Shown piece by piece: positions 1-12,946 of a DNA stretch of 64,000 nucleotides. How positions within the stretch are numbered: position 1 is the first letter of the stretch; each line of letters opens with the position of its first letter. The notes beneath the pieces were generated by a model. That model worked only from the letters and a program-made list of their open reading frames with translations, ran no database searches and was not told the origin of the DNA. A program made the position numbers and the translations under genes. The stretch is from assembly GCF_963921235.1 (NCBI RefSeq), contig NC_086109.1:22012001-22076000 (forward strand), read 5' to 3'. This stretch comes from Mobula hypostoma. Taxonomy: Eukaryota.

Positions 1-1943
1 CACTAAAATAGCTTAGGTAGTTTCTTTTCCACTAAGTAAGTGTCTGATGCCATCTATGGAATTGATTAATTTTCTGTTTACCATTATTTGTCAAGGGCTG
101 TTGTGACTAGTTGGAGATCTTGCACCTAGGCATGCAGTGCAAACAAATTGGATGGTTTTTTTAAGCTTGAATCATACTATAAACTTAAACTTCACAGTCA
201 TGTTAAAAATACATGTGTAAGTAACAAGTTTTGATTGTAGTGAATAACACTGTCAACACTCATTGGCAATTTTTAAAACTTAATTTGTTCCTTTTGGTAT
301 CTTGAATACTGAAGATGGATGTGAGTCTACTACCTATACAGCTTTAGATTTAGATGATGAAGAAACAGAGCACTTCCAGCTGGAGACTGGAACAAATATC
401 CAGTATAATCTGTAGGTTTTGTTAACCAGAGAGTAATCAGTATTTGACTTTAAAGGTTCAGGCTTCAAGATTCATTTTAGAGCCACAAGCATATTTTTTT
501 AATAAAAATAATAACTGCTAACCATCCTAGAGACAGAGCTGCTAATAATGTTAATTTTCTATTCATAGGGGTTGATTACTAAATTGTTAATCTTTTTAAA
601 AAATTGGATTAAAATTAGCCCTGAGATTATTGCACGTGAAGGGAAATCCAGTAAGAACCTTAGTTATTTCTTGTATGGAGTAATAATTGTGAGTGTACTG
701 GGTGGGGGGTGGGGGAGTATATATTCTGATATCAGCCGAAAGGTACTCCTAATGATGCACTGAACATCCATCTAGTTTTTGCGCAATAAGGCTATATCTC
801 AGACAAAAGATCTTTCTGGCCAATGCCTCTCAGAATATAGACAAACTTTTATCATTTTCTCAGCAAAATCTGTTCCTTTCTGCGTAAAAGCACGAGAAAC
901 TGATAGAAAATCAGATAAATTACACAAAACATCGTAAAGAAGTCATGCATGGAGGGAGGGAAGGAAGGACAGCATGAAGTGGGCCTTCAGCCTAGTGAGT
1001 CCATATTGATCGCCAGCCACCCATTTTCAGTAATCCTACATTAATCCCATGTATTTTCAAGGCAGGCTGTTATTTCATACAGCAATGAATGCATCAGTAA
1101 TAACAAATATATCTAGAATTAATGGCCTGTATATTCATTACGACTTTGCTATCACATAATAGTTTACAGATGACATTTCTCAAGCAAAATGTGAACAGAA
1201 ACTGTGGATAAATTCCAGAATGCACATTAATAGAGACATTGTTCACACACGTTCAGTCTGTCAGCAGGTATGTGCAGATTGTGACTGAGCAGCAGACTGT
1301 GATTAAACTTGTACCAAAGTGGCTCAGTTATCTTTCTTGTTGTGCAAGATTATGGTAGAGTTGAAGTCAGATATCCACGTTTGGGCTGTCAGCACCAGGA
1401 GACGGCTGTCCTCTCTCCAGGCAAAAGAATGCATGCTTATGGAGCTTCTAAAACATTCAACTTTTCACTGAGTAGAGCATTTAGCAGTTGTTGATGGATC
1501 ACTCATTTTAACAACTTAACAAGGGGTTCTTTGCTCCGTACAGAATGTGAAGCTGAAGATGTGTAACTTAATATATTGACCCTACAGAGCAAATGCATCT
1601 GTACATTGTATTATGCAAGCTAATAATAACTTGGGCTGAAAAAGAAGGGAACTGTGATGTTGTCTGTTAAATTTAGTTTGTGATGTTTTTTTAAATCTGA
1701 AGTTGCAGTGCATACTACAAACGCACTTATTGCACATCTCCAAAAAGCAAAAATGGTCATTGTAAACACTAATGCTATAATTAGTTTCCCTTGTAGTCAA
1801 GGGGAGCTTGATCTGGAGCCCATTTTCTTTTGTTTCATGGAACTCACAAGCAACAAATGTATATCCAACCACTTTCCCCATCCAGCAACAACTTGCTTTT
1901 CTACGTCCTTATAACATATAAGGACACAGATTTCAGACAAAAG

Positions 1944-2200
1944 CATGGTAGCATTATGGTTGGCACAATGCTTTACAGTACCTGTGACTCGAGTTCAATT
2001 CCCGCCACTGTCCGTAAGGAGTTTGTATGTTCTCCCGGTGACAGAATGCGTTTTCTCCCACAGTACAACTGTGTGCTGGTTGGTAGGTTAATTGGTCATT
2101 GTAAATTGTCCCACGATTAGGCTAGGGTTAAATTGGGAGTTGCTGGGTGACGCGGCTCATAGGGCTGGAAGAGCAACTTTTCCATGCTCTATCTCAATAA
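1944..2200 (+). mobile_element. tRNA-derived V-SINE/HE1-like SINE
   Basis: B-box-like GAGTTCAATTCC, GGAGTTTGTATGTTCTCC core, AATTGGTCATTGTAAATTGTCC and CR1-like tail; related copies near 24270-24510, 26712-26995 and 50530-50715. Confidence 0.7.
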
Positions 2201-2442
2201 ATAACTTTTTTAAAAGATAGTTAAAGGAGATTAGGAAAGCTGTGGAAATGTTTCAAAATGATGATGAATGTAAATCTGAAAGAATAGTCTTTATAGGTCA
2301 GCAAGGACTGGGTGATTGGATGAGGGGGGATTTTGCGTGACTAGCATATGAACTGCCGAGTATATGACTGCATTATGACCATCTTCATATGAGAAAAATT
2401 ATATTGGAGGATGGAATTGATTTTTGATTTGTTCCATTGCAG

Positions 2443-2514
2443 AGATCTGAGTCGTAACAGATTAGCTTCCATTAATGATGCTGTATTTGATGGTCTTTAT
2501 GGACTACTGGAAGT
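2443..2514 (+). CDS. LRIG2: LRIG2 coding exon (first in window, probably exon 2), LRR: DLSRNRLASINDAVFDGLYGLLEV
   Basis: ttgcag acceptor and gtgagt donor; 72 nt, phase 2-2; LRR consensus xLxxNxL. Confidence 0.88.
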
Positions 2515-2608
2515 GTGAGTATTCTGCCAAAATTTAAATTTGTTGAGTACTTCAAATAATTAATTAACAAATATCAGAATTTTTGCTAATTGATCTTTCT
2601 TTCTCAAG

Positions 2609-2683
2609 GAAAATCAACTATAATCTACTCACTTCAATCCCATCATTAGGAGTTGTAACAGCTAACATTACCACCTTGTCTCT
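2609..2683 (+). CDS. LRIG2: LRIG2 exon, LRR: KINYNLLTSIPSLGVVTANITTLSL
   Basis: ctcaag/gtaagt; 75 nt; resembles human LRIG2 KMNYNELTEIP...NITLLSL as recalled. Confidence 0.9.
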
Positions 2684-4129
2684 GTAAGTACAATATTATC
2701 TGTAACCTGAATGTACATTGTTTATTGTACTTTAAATTCTTGTACATTTTCTCCTAAGGAAGAGCAGGACACTTTCCAATCACTCACTTTGCAAAAATAC
2801 CTGCTCACTAAATTATTATTTTTTAGTCCCCAATGCCACTATCCATTTACTTTATTGTGTAATGTTCTTGAAAAATGAACAGTCTTTCTATTTTTATGCT
2901 TAGTTCTGATGTTGTGCAATTAAATTAGAGTTAATTCTGTGCTGGTCCAAAACAGTGCTCCTGCAGCTGCTGGGTCCATGGTTTCTTATCTTCAGTCTTT
3001 CCCTTCCTTGTCAATCATTCTGTGATACATTCAACCAAAGGAAAGCTAAGCTAGGGATGAATTCACATTCACTATAAACCAAGTTGTCTATCTCCCAGTT
3101 GGCCTCCAGCTTGATATTAAAGTGAGCTGTGCAAGTGATGGATTATTTAAAACATCCTGAAGTACACCATTCCTTTTTACTTCTGTGTTTTATGTTGTGT
3201 GATTTAACACTGCTTGTTTTAAGAATATCCAGTCTTTGCATATGTGGCATCACTACTGCTGAGGTGAGAGGAAGCAGTGATTTGAGAGAACAGTTGAGTT
3301 TTTAAATCTACTGAATCTTTTAACCATTTCTATTCAAATTAATAACTGATCAGGGCTACAAGTCCAAGTCAATTATGAGTATGGTTTGTCTAGGACTAAC
3401 CAGTGTCAACTTCCTGCCCAGCATAGTTTTGTTCTGTTGATATACTGCAGTAAAGGTTAATATGGGTTTTCCCAATAAATAAAGCTTTAGTATATTTTAA
3501 TTTTGTCCCATTCCCTTCTCACTCACCCTCTGCTTTTCTTTCTCTCCATCCATATACCCTTCTTAAAGCTTTTTTGAGAACGTTTTTAGAAAACATTCTC
3601 GTACCATCTTTTTCAATGAATATCCGTTCTTTTTTTCATTTCTGCACTACCATATATTTTCATTGGTACAAGCTGATCCACTCACGTAATGCCAGTTCTT
3701 TAACTCCCACAGAAAGGAGTAAGCTATTTTGTGATTTTTTTTAAGAAAAGCAAATATAAATTATTAGTATATGTTAAGCTAATTAACATGCAGTTTTTAA
3801 AACAAATGGATTTTTTGCCTTAATGTAAAAGAAACAATTTTTTTCCCTCAAACTTGTTTCTGTACTTTCCCTGTTTTTTTTTCTGGAGCTGGGTGTTCAT
3901 GGCAATTGAAAACAATCTAATTACAGAATTGCATAGCTGCCCTTCCATCCCAATTCCTTAAACATCTTTCCGTACTGGTTCATACTTTCAGGTGTTTTTA
4001 AGCAAAGAATTTCAAGTTCCACTTGAATATTTTTATACAGTTTTTGGAAGACTGCAGAATCACTGTGCTACACGAGAATATTCATTGAGAAAGCTTAACT
4101 GCAACATTGTTTACTGCTTTTTTTTTCAG

Positions 4130-4264
4130 AACGCATAATCGGATTGTGAAGATAATTGCATTGGACCTTCAGCCGTACACCTCCTTGGACACTTTAGATC
4201 TGAGTTCAAATATGATTTCAGAAATCAAAACTACTTCATTTCCAACAATGCAGCTGAAAAATTT
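4130..4264 (+). CDS. LRIG2: LRIG2 exon, LRRs: THNRIVKI...DLSSNMISEIKTTSFPTMQLKNL
   Basis: tttcag/gtgcgt; 135 nt; within ORF 4107..4319. Confidence 0.93.
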
Positions 4265-4894
4265 GTGCGTAATGAAATTCTTAAATTATCTTTTATTGTT
4301 TAACAGTATAGGTGTATGAAGTGATGTACTTGAACGATGTTGTTTGGTACTATGTGGAAGTAGAAAATAGAACCATGAAATTGTAAACTGATGGACCAAG
4401 CAAATACTAATTTGTTGTATTGTGAAATCTATGTGGGATCACCTTGCTATCTGTGGTAAAGACATGTTATTTCTTGTGCACATAGAGGTAGGATCCCTAT
4501 GACTTTTGCACAGTACTGTAATACAGTACTGTTGCTGCAAAAAAAAATGACGTGAATGATAAACCTGATTCTGATAAGGGTCTTTATTGTGGTCTGAGAG
4601 TGGGAAAGGAGCCGGGAGAGAGTAACTATGGTTTGGAAAGGGGGAAGGGAGAGGGGAGGGAGCAGGAAGCACCAAAGAGACATTCTGTAATGATCAATTA
4701 ACCAATTGTTTGGAATCAATTGACCTTGCCTGGTGTCTCAGGGCTGGGTTTGTCTGCACCTACACTATCCCTGACCCTGGTTCTCCTTTGGTACTACTCC
4801 CACACGCCTTCTGCTGCACTCCACCTTCACCCTTTCCACATCCGTCACTCCCACCAGATTTATAAACTCGCTCTCTGCTCCACATTGACTAATA

Positions 4895-4961
4895 CAGTAC
4901 TGTGCAAAAGTCTTAGGCATCCTAGCTATGTATATGTCCCTAAGACATCTGCACAGTACTG
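4895..4961. mobile_element. 67-bp Tc1-derived mini-MITE
   Basis: TIR cagtactgtgcaaaagtcttagg with TA on both flanks; same TIR as the Tc1 at 30408. Confidence 0.7.
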
Positions 4962-5477
4962 TATACAAGAATATCATTCTTATGATCTGCACCTTTATCT
5001 TAATTTAGCATGTTTTAATTTTCTTTGTACTACTTAAAAGAATAGGCATTTTTAATGTGCCTTTTGTAAGCATGAGTTATTATTTAATTGTGTAGTGTGG
5101 TATAGTATTAGATATATTACATATGATATAGTGTGGTTAGATAATCTGATGCCTAAATACCATGCAGGAGGCACTAGATAGCATCACGTTTTGAAGAGAA
5201 GGTCTGCCATCAAGATCTTAATAATTTTCATCTGGATAAGAATGGGCATCTTTGTTTCATTCCTCCTAGCCAGTTGATTTTTATATACTTTCTTTCCACC
5301 TGTCTTGGAGTAGTTCCAGACATGCCAATAATCTTGTTAGATGTTGACAAGTTGAACTTTACTGTTATAGTGAAGTTTAAAATGGAATTTAAAGGACTAA
5401 TCTATTTAATTTGACTGCTCTGCCAGTGCTTGGGTTGTACACAAGTCCACTGAGTTGAATTAAAAACAACTATTTGG

Positions 5478-6560
5478 AATATGATTAAATATTGGCTGAT
5501 TGGTAGAAGGCAGAGAGAGGGAATAAAGGGGGCCTGTTTTGGTTGGCTGCTGATGTCCATTGGTATTCCACAGGGGTTGGTGCTGGTCTTTTCACGATAT
5601 ATCTTAATGATTTGGATGACAGTTGCTGGCTTTGTAGCCAAGTTTGCAGACGATACAGAGGTTGATGAGGGGCATGTTAGCTTTGAGGAAGCAAGGTATC
5701 TGCATAAGGACTTGGACAGATTGGGAGAATAGGCAAAGAAGTGTCAGATGGAATATAGGGTCGGGAAGTGTATGGTCATGCACTTTGATATAAAGAATAC
5801 AGAAGTAGACTGTTTTCTAAATGGGGAGAAAATTCAAAAATTAAAGGTGCAAGGGTATTTGGGAGTCCTTGTGCAGGATATTCTGAAGGTTAACTTGCAG
5901 GTTGAGTCAGTGGTAAGGAAGACAAATGTAATGTTAGCATTCATTTCAAGATGACTAGAATATAAGAGCAAGGGTGTGGTGTTGCAGCTTTATAAGGCAT
6001 CAGTCAGACTGCAAATAAAGTATCATGAGCAGTTTTGGGCCTCAATCTAAGAAAACGATATGCTGGTATTGGAGAGGGTCCAGAGGAGGTTTAAAAGAAT
6101 GATTCCAGGAATGAAATGGTTAATGTATGAGGAGCATTTAATGGCTCTGGGCCTGTACTCTCTGTAGTTTATAAGAATGAGGGGAGATCTCATTGAAACC
6201 TATCAAATGTTGAAAAGCCTGGATAGAGTGGGTGTGGAGTGGATGTTTCCTATATGGGGGAGCCTAGGACCAGATGGCACAACCTCAGAATAGAAGGACA
6301 CCCTTCTAATAGAGATGAGGAATTTATTAAACCAGAGACTGCTTTATCTGTGGAATTCATTACCACATATGCTTGTAGAGGCGAAGGTATTAGATATATT
6401 TAAAGTGAGGTTGATTGGTTCTTGAATAGTAAGGGTGTCAAATGTTTTGGGGAGAAGGGAGGAGAATGGGAAAGAGGAATAATCAATCAGCCATGATGGA
6501 ATGGTGGAGCAGACTGGATGGGCCGAGTAGCCTCCTTCAGCTCCTATGTGTTATGGTCCT
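5478..6560 (+). mobile_element. CR1 LINE, 5'-truncated and degenerate
   Basis: RT fragments (GIPQGLVL, AKFADDT, KCMVMHF) and CR1-type 3' tail. Confidence 0.88.
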
Positions 6561-7214
6561 GTAATAGTGATACCAGGCATCTTGCCCTGCCTTTCCATTT
6601 CTTACTATACTATTTTGATCATTGCTTACCACATTATAGTTATTTAACCTGAATGTGTTACAAAATTAACTATTTAAGTTGTCTTCAGCATGTTCAGTAC
6701 TGTGATTATTTATTAAAATGACTAACTGCCATATTTAACATTATGAAAGGATCTTGAGTCCATCTCAATTTGCTTAGGTGGACTCTTTTTGTTTTCATTC
6801 TTTTAGGGGAGGTGAGGTCCTGATTCAGAACAGTAGATTAATTGTTGAATTCCATGCAAGTGCTTCAGTTTCTAATTAAAAGGCACAAAACTCTTTGATC
6901 TGTGTCCTATGGATTTCTGTATGGTTCTAGCCCACTGTGATGGGCTCCATGGAGTCTGCTACACTATTGTTTTTCCAGTCACTGGGCACCAATTGCCTCT
7001 AGAGTTCCTGAGGGATACAAGACTGTTCATGGGCTGAAATATTTCTTATCCAGTGTTACTTTCAGATGTTTAGGGTGGCTTAAATGTTAGATATCACCTC
7101 TGCTCTACAAAGTTTCTGGTGGTTTGTGGATGGGCATGTTCACAAATATTTTACCATATTACACAATATTCATTCAGCTCTACTCATTTCCAGAAAACGT
7201 TTTTTTTATTTATT

Positions 7215-7555
7215 CATTTTCAGCATCTGGGTAGTGTTGGCAAGCCAGCATTGATTGTCCCTGCCTAATTACCCTTGAACTGAATGAGTTGCAATTCCAT
7301 TTTATGGCCAACCACATTTGGCAGGTCGAGAGTTTCACAGAGGCCAGGCCATATAAGAGTGACAGATTTTCTCCTGTGGATAACACCAGTGAACCAGCTT
7401 GACTTTTACAACAATCTGGTAGTTTTGAGGTTATCATTCCTAATGACTGTTTAACCTTTCAAATTATTAACTCAATTTAAATCCTATAAGTGCTGTGGTG
7501 GGATTTAAACTAGGATCTGGTTGTTACTCCAGCTCTCTAGATTTGATAACCTGTT
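7215..7555 (-). mobile_element. Old tRNA-derived SINE (degenerate)
   Basis: Reverse B-box-like GTGGTGGGATTTAAAC; resembles common elasmobranch SINEs as recalled. Confidence 0.45.
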
Positions 7556-7634
7556 CATCGTGAGGTGTAACCCTTTCCATTTTAAAATTCTAGGACAAAA
7601 TTGTACACATTATTCCAAGTGCAGCCTCACGAAG

Positions 7635-9750
7635 TAATTGGTGAGGCCGTGCCTGAAGTACTGAGCAAGGTTTTTGTTGCCCTATTATTGAAGAGATCTG
7701 GTTAAACTGGAAAGAGTGCAGAGGAGATAACAGGATGTTGCCAGGACTAAAGCCTGAGTTATGGGTAGAGGTTGGCCTGGATAGGACTTTTGTCCCTTAG
7801 AATGTAGGAGAATGAGAGGCAACCTTATAGAAACATTTGAAGTTCTGAGAGGTATAAATCAGGTGGATGGCAAGTCTTTTCACCCCAAGGTAGTAGAGTC
7901 TATACTATGAGGAATACGGTGCCTATAGAAAGGATTCAACCCCTTAGATGTTTTCATGTTTTATTGTTTTACAGTATTGAATCACAGTGGATTTAATTTG
8001 GCTGTTTTGACACTGATCAATAGAGACTGTTTCATGTCAAAGTGAAAACAGTGATCTAAATTATTTCAAATATAAAACACAAAATAATTAATTGCATAAA
8101 TATTCACCCCCTTCAAGTCAATATTTAGCAGATGCACCCTTGGCAGCAATTACAGCCTTGAGTCTGTGTGGATAGGTCTCAGTCAGCTTTTGAACACTCC
8201 AATTTTGAACACTCCAATTTTTTTCCCCATTCTTCTTTACAAAACTGCTCAAGCTCTGTCAGATTGCATGGGGATTGTGAGTGAACAGCCCTTTTCAAAT
8301 TCAGCCACAAGTTCTCAATTGGATTGAGGTTTGGACTCTGACTTGGCCACTCTAGGTCATTAACTTTGTTTTTAAGCCATTCCTGTGTAGCTTTGGCTTT
8401 TGTGCTTGGAGGTCATTGTCTTACTGGAAAATAAATCTTCTCCCAAGTCACAGTTCTCTTGCAGACTGCATCAGTTTTCCTCCAAGATTTCCCTGTAATT
8501 TGCTGCATTAATTTTACCCTCTGCCTTAATAAGCCTTCCAAGGCCTGCTACAATGAAGCATTTCCACAGCATGATGCAGCTACCACCATGCTTCAGGATA
8601 GGGATGGTGCATTTGTGATAAAGTGCAGTGTTTTGCTTATGCCAAAAAGCTCGATTTTGATTTCATCAGACCATTGAACCACCTTCCAGCTGACTTCAGA
8701 GTCTCCCACATGCCCTCTGGCAAACTCTAGCCGAGATTTCATTTGCGTTTTATTTTTCAACAGTGGCTTTCCCTTTGCCACTCTCCCATAAAGCTGCAAC
8801 TGGTGAAGCACCCAGGCAACAGTTGTATGTGCAGTCTCTCCCATCTCAGCCACTGAAGCTTGTACCTCCAGAGTTGTCACAGGTCTCTTGGTGTCCTCCC
8901 TCACTCGTCCCCTTGTACGGTCACTCAGTTTTTTAAGGATGGTCTGCTCTCGGCAGATTTACAGTTGTGCCATACTCATTCCATTTCTTGATGATTGACT
9001 TCACTGTACTCCAAGGGATATTCATTGACTTGAAAATATTCTTGTATCCATCTCCTGAACTGTGTTTTTCAAGAAACTTTTTGCGGAGTTGCTTGGAGTG
9101 GTTTTTTTTTTGTCTTCATGGTGTAGTTTTTGCCAGAATACTAACTCCTCAGCAGTTGGACCTTCCAGATACAGGTGTAGGTGTATTTACTACTATCAGT
9201 TGAAATACCTTAACTGCACACAGTGAACTCCATTTAACTAATTAGGTGACTTCTAAAACCAATTTGCTGCACCAGTGAGGATTTGTTGTGTTATATTAAA
9301 GAGGGTGAATACTAATACAATCAGTTAATTTGTGTTTTATATTTGTAATTAATTTAGATCACTTTGTAAATATGTTTTCACTTTGACATGAAAGTGTCTT
9401 TCTGTTGATCAGTGTAAAAAAAACACATTAAATCCACTGAGATTCAATCTTGTAAAACAATAAAACATGAAAATCTCGGGGGGTGGGTGGTGAATACCTT
9501 TTATAGGCACTGTAGATTTAGGGTGAGATGGGGAAGATTTAAAAAGCACATGAGGGGCAACTTTTAAAAGCAGAATGTGATGGGTATATTGAATGAGCTA
9601 CCAGACAAAGTGGTTGCATCAGGTACAATAGTGTCATTTAAGCAGCACTTGTTCAAGTATAAAGACCTGGGTCAAGTATATGAAATTTGGACTAGCCCGG
9701 TGGACACAGTGATCAGCATGGGCTGGTTGAGCTGAAGGGCTTGTATCTAT
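7635..9750 (+). mobile_element. CR1 3' fragment interrupted by a Tc1 element
   Basis: CR1 sequence stops at 7914 and resumes at 9515. Confidence 0.75.
7917..9512 (-). mobile_element. Tc1-like transposon, about 1.6 kb, long (~200 bp) TIRs, decayed transposase
   Basis: TA at 7915-16 and 9513-14; TIR c(a/g)gtgcctata...; ORF 8593..8904 contains GRVAKGKPLL and WSDEIKIELFG. Confidence 0.92.
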
Positions 9751-9957
9751 ATGTGGTTAATTGAGCATCCGATGAAAAGTCTTGGTCTGAAACTGGCACT
9801 TTATACTTCTCCATAGATGCTGCCTGAGCTGTTGAATCACTCTAGCATTTTGTCTGTTACTCGAATTCCAGTATTAAGGGCCTCTTTTTTTTTAAAAAAA
9901 AAGATAGTTTGTGCAAAATTTATTTGTTTTGTAACATAAAATCTGTTTAATTTTCAG

Positions 9958-10101
9958 ACATTTGAACAACAACCGAATAATGATCCTTGAGCCAGGTTGT
10001 TTTGATAACCTTTCCAGCACATTGCTTGTCCTCAAACTGAACAGAAATAAAATTTCTGTCATTCAACCAAAGAGCTTCCGGATGCCTCATCTTCAGTATC
10101 T
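9958..10101 (+). CDS. LRIG2: LRIG2 exon, 2 LRRs: HLNNNRIMILEPGCFDNLSSTLLVLKLNRNKISVIQPKSFRMPHLQYL
   Basis: tttcag/gtgagt; 144 nt; open frame. Confidence 0.95.
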
Positions 10102-11467
10102 GTGAGTGATTTTGTTCATTTTACTTTTCAGAGTACAGAAATGTACTTTCTCAAAAAAAGGTAGAAGTGCTCCTTCAGCTTTCATAGATGAGATTATTAC
10201 TGACTTATTTGAATGCAAATTGATTAGGTCAGTAGAACCAAGCCGATTTGTTAAAGATGGGATGTTCTAGAACCACTGATTATCCAATGTCCGTGTAGAG
10301 AGCGAGACCTAGATAATGTTTTGCATTGATGACTTCAGTAATTCAATGTAATTTATGATAACTCTTTCTCTATAGATGCTGATATTTTAGCGATCTTTAT
10401 TTCTGATGTATCTCCAACAGCTACAGACTTTTGGTTTTATCAGAACAAAGTGCTACAACCTCGAGATACTCTAGCTTCTAGGTCTCATACTTGCTTTTGG
10501 GAGCATGATCTCTGAGTTTCTTTTTGAGCTGTTGCATCAGCATGCATTCCTGGGGCACAGTGGGCAAGTTCACTGTGGAATGTCAGTTTAAGTTCAGTGA
10601 AATGTGCAGGAGTCAACTGAGATTTCGTTGCAGAATGCTGTCTTGTACAGCAACAAGTGTAAAATTTACACTAAGGATTCTCCAATATTTCTTGGGTCTG
10701 AATACTGAATGAGCTGTCTACTTGATGTAGAAAGTAGTCAGACTATCAAGAAGTTTCAAGATGTGTAATAGCTACAACGTGTACAATACTCTGCTAAATT
10801 ACTGAGAAAGTTTCGTGTTTACTTGAAAAGCTTTATTGTTTAGACTATAACAACACCTAGTGGGGAAATCTAGAACTGGGAACTTAATTTCTACATAAAG
10901 AGTTGCCTGTTTAAAATGGAGGTGGAGCAATTTCTTCTCGGTCATTAATCTTTTGGAATTTGCCACCCAAGATACCAGTGGAGGTTGAATTCTTGAATAC
11001 ATTCAAAGCTAAGCTAGATTCTTTATTTGTCTACAGGGAAGATATTAAGGAAATGGGCTTAGAACCCCCTGGCCTGCTCCTAAGGTTAATATTGTAAATA
11101 GGTCATGCCCACAAGAGTACTGACTTAAACCTTGGCACAAATGACAATTTTGCTGTTGGTCTCTCATGTTAAGAACTTGCTAGTAAACCATAAAACAGCT
11201 GAATCTACTGAATAAGATTGTCAATGGCCAATCTAAGGAAAATAGTCATATTTGTGGCAATTATTTGTTAAACTACTGAATCTAAAATAGATATGTACAA
11301 GCATCCTTTGCCAACTCGTAATGTTTAGAAATTTATTGTAAAAGTTGTCATTGTGGTGCACATTCAACCACCTGGAAGGTTTTTCAAAATCCTTGTCACT
11401 TGTTTAAGGGGGGAAAATGTACCTTATCCACCAGACAAGTTAAATTTGTGTTTTGATGTTTGAACAG

Positions 11468-11611
11468 GGAACTAAAGCGCAATAGAATCCGGATTATTGA
11501 AAGTCTTGCATTTCATGGCCTTGACTCATTGAAATCATTGAAGCTACAGCGTAATGGAATAAGTGAACTTAAGGATGGAGCTTTCTGGGGGCTCAATGAA
11601 ATTGAGCAGTT
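11468..11611 (+). CDS. LRIG2: LRIG2 exon, 2 LRRs: [48 protein letters not shown]
   Basis: aacag/gtaagt; 144 nt. Confidence 0.95.
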
Positions 11612-12178
11612 GTAAGTCCTGTCATTTAATATGTATTCTGGATCTTGTCAAACCACTTAAGAAAATACTGGAGTTTGGAAGGGTTTAATGTAAGTAAATC
11701 AAAGTAATGTGAATATAATTGTTGAAGTAATTGTGGATTAACTTGTCTTTCTTGGATTAGTCAACAGTTTTCTTTTTATACCTGTTATGTAGTCCAAAGC
11801 AATTTAATGTCTCCCCTTCTGAACCTTGCAGTCTTTGTTGATATAGTTTACTTTGCTAGAATTATCCTAGTTTTTGATTGTAAGTTGTACATGCAGGGAC
11901 CTGCCTGGCTAAGGAGTGGAACCTTAATGCTGCATATTACTTGATGTTCATGCATATCTAATCATTAGTAAGCAAAAGTTTGGGTGCTTTAGGAATATTT
12001 TGAAGAATTTTTGTTTTGGGGGGAAAAAATAGAAATTGATTTGGCATTAGAGCTGATTTTTTTTTGACTCTGGGAAATCCGGTTGCTTTTTAATTTGGCT
12101 TAATTATTATGTGACTAGTGTTAAGAAATAAGATAACTTCAGGTTAGGGAAAAATAGATGATTATTTTTCTGTTTTAG

Positions 12179-12322
12179 GGACTTGGAACACAATAACTTG
12201 ACTGAAGTTACCAAGGGTTGGCTATATGGCCTTAAACTTCTGCAGCGGCTACACCTGAACCAGAATGCCATTGCCAGGATAAGTGCTGATGCTTGGGAGT
12301 TCTGCCAGAAACTGACAGAGCT
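12179..12322 (+). CDS. LRIG2: LRIG2 exon, 2 LRRs: DLEHNNLTEVTKGWLYGLKLLQRLHLNQNAIARISADAWEFCQKLTEL
   Basis: ttttag/gtgagt; 144 nt; LRIG-family KGWLYGL and DAWEFCQ motifs. Confidence 0.96.
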
Positions 12323-12946
12323 GTGAGTTTGTCTAATTCTTTCCTTCAGTCTTCTATTACTGGCTTGAAGTAAATCATGATTTTAATCATTGTGGGGCAC
12401 AGTTTCATCCATCGCTTTAAGAATATATTAAAACGTAGCCTTTTGACAATGTATTTGGTCACCTATCCTAATGTGTTGTGAAGTTTTTAAAGTTGGTGCA
12501 AGGGGCCTTGTACTGGTACAAGCATGCCTTCAAATTGTTAATATGAAAGCAAAATTGTGCGTATACTCCGGATGAGGAAAGGGTATTCATTTTTGAAAAA
12601 GGATTTGGTTGCTTTAAGGTGTTGACAATGCACTCTTTCCCCACTGGTACATTTTTTTTAGTAGTTTCCTTAATACACAAAATAATGTGTATAAAGATAA
12701 AACAGTAACTTTAATGTGGTTTTCGTGATATAAGACTGAGCTGTCTACCCATCTTGTTTTTTTAACTAGAATTGTGTTCCTTTTTTTTAAAACTTATAGA
12801 CTCACTGGTTTCAGTGGTGTTTCTAGTATTCTTATGACAAAAAAAATGTAAAATATAGGACTACACAGGAACAGGCCTTTTGGCCCACAATGTCTCTGCT
12901 GAGCATGAAGTCAATATAAATTATCTGCTTGCATGTGATCCATATC

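Noticed and set aside
572..2120. Short ORFs upstream of the first exon
   Set aside because: No signal peptide or LRRNT and no convincing splice context; LRIG2 exon 1 is not in the window
8190..8222. Short tandem duplication tttgaacactccaat
   Set aside because: Local slippage within a dead Tc1 copy
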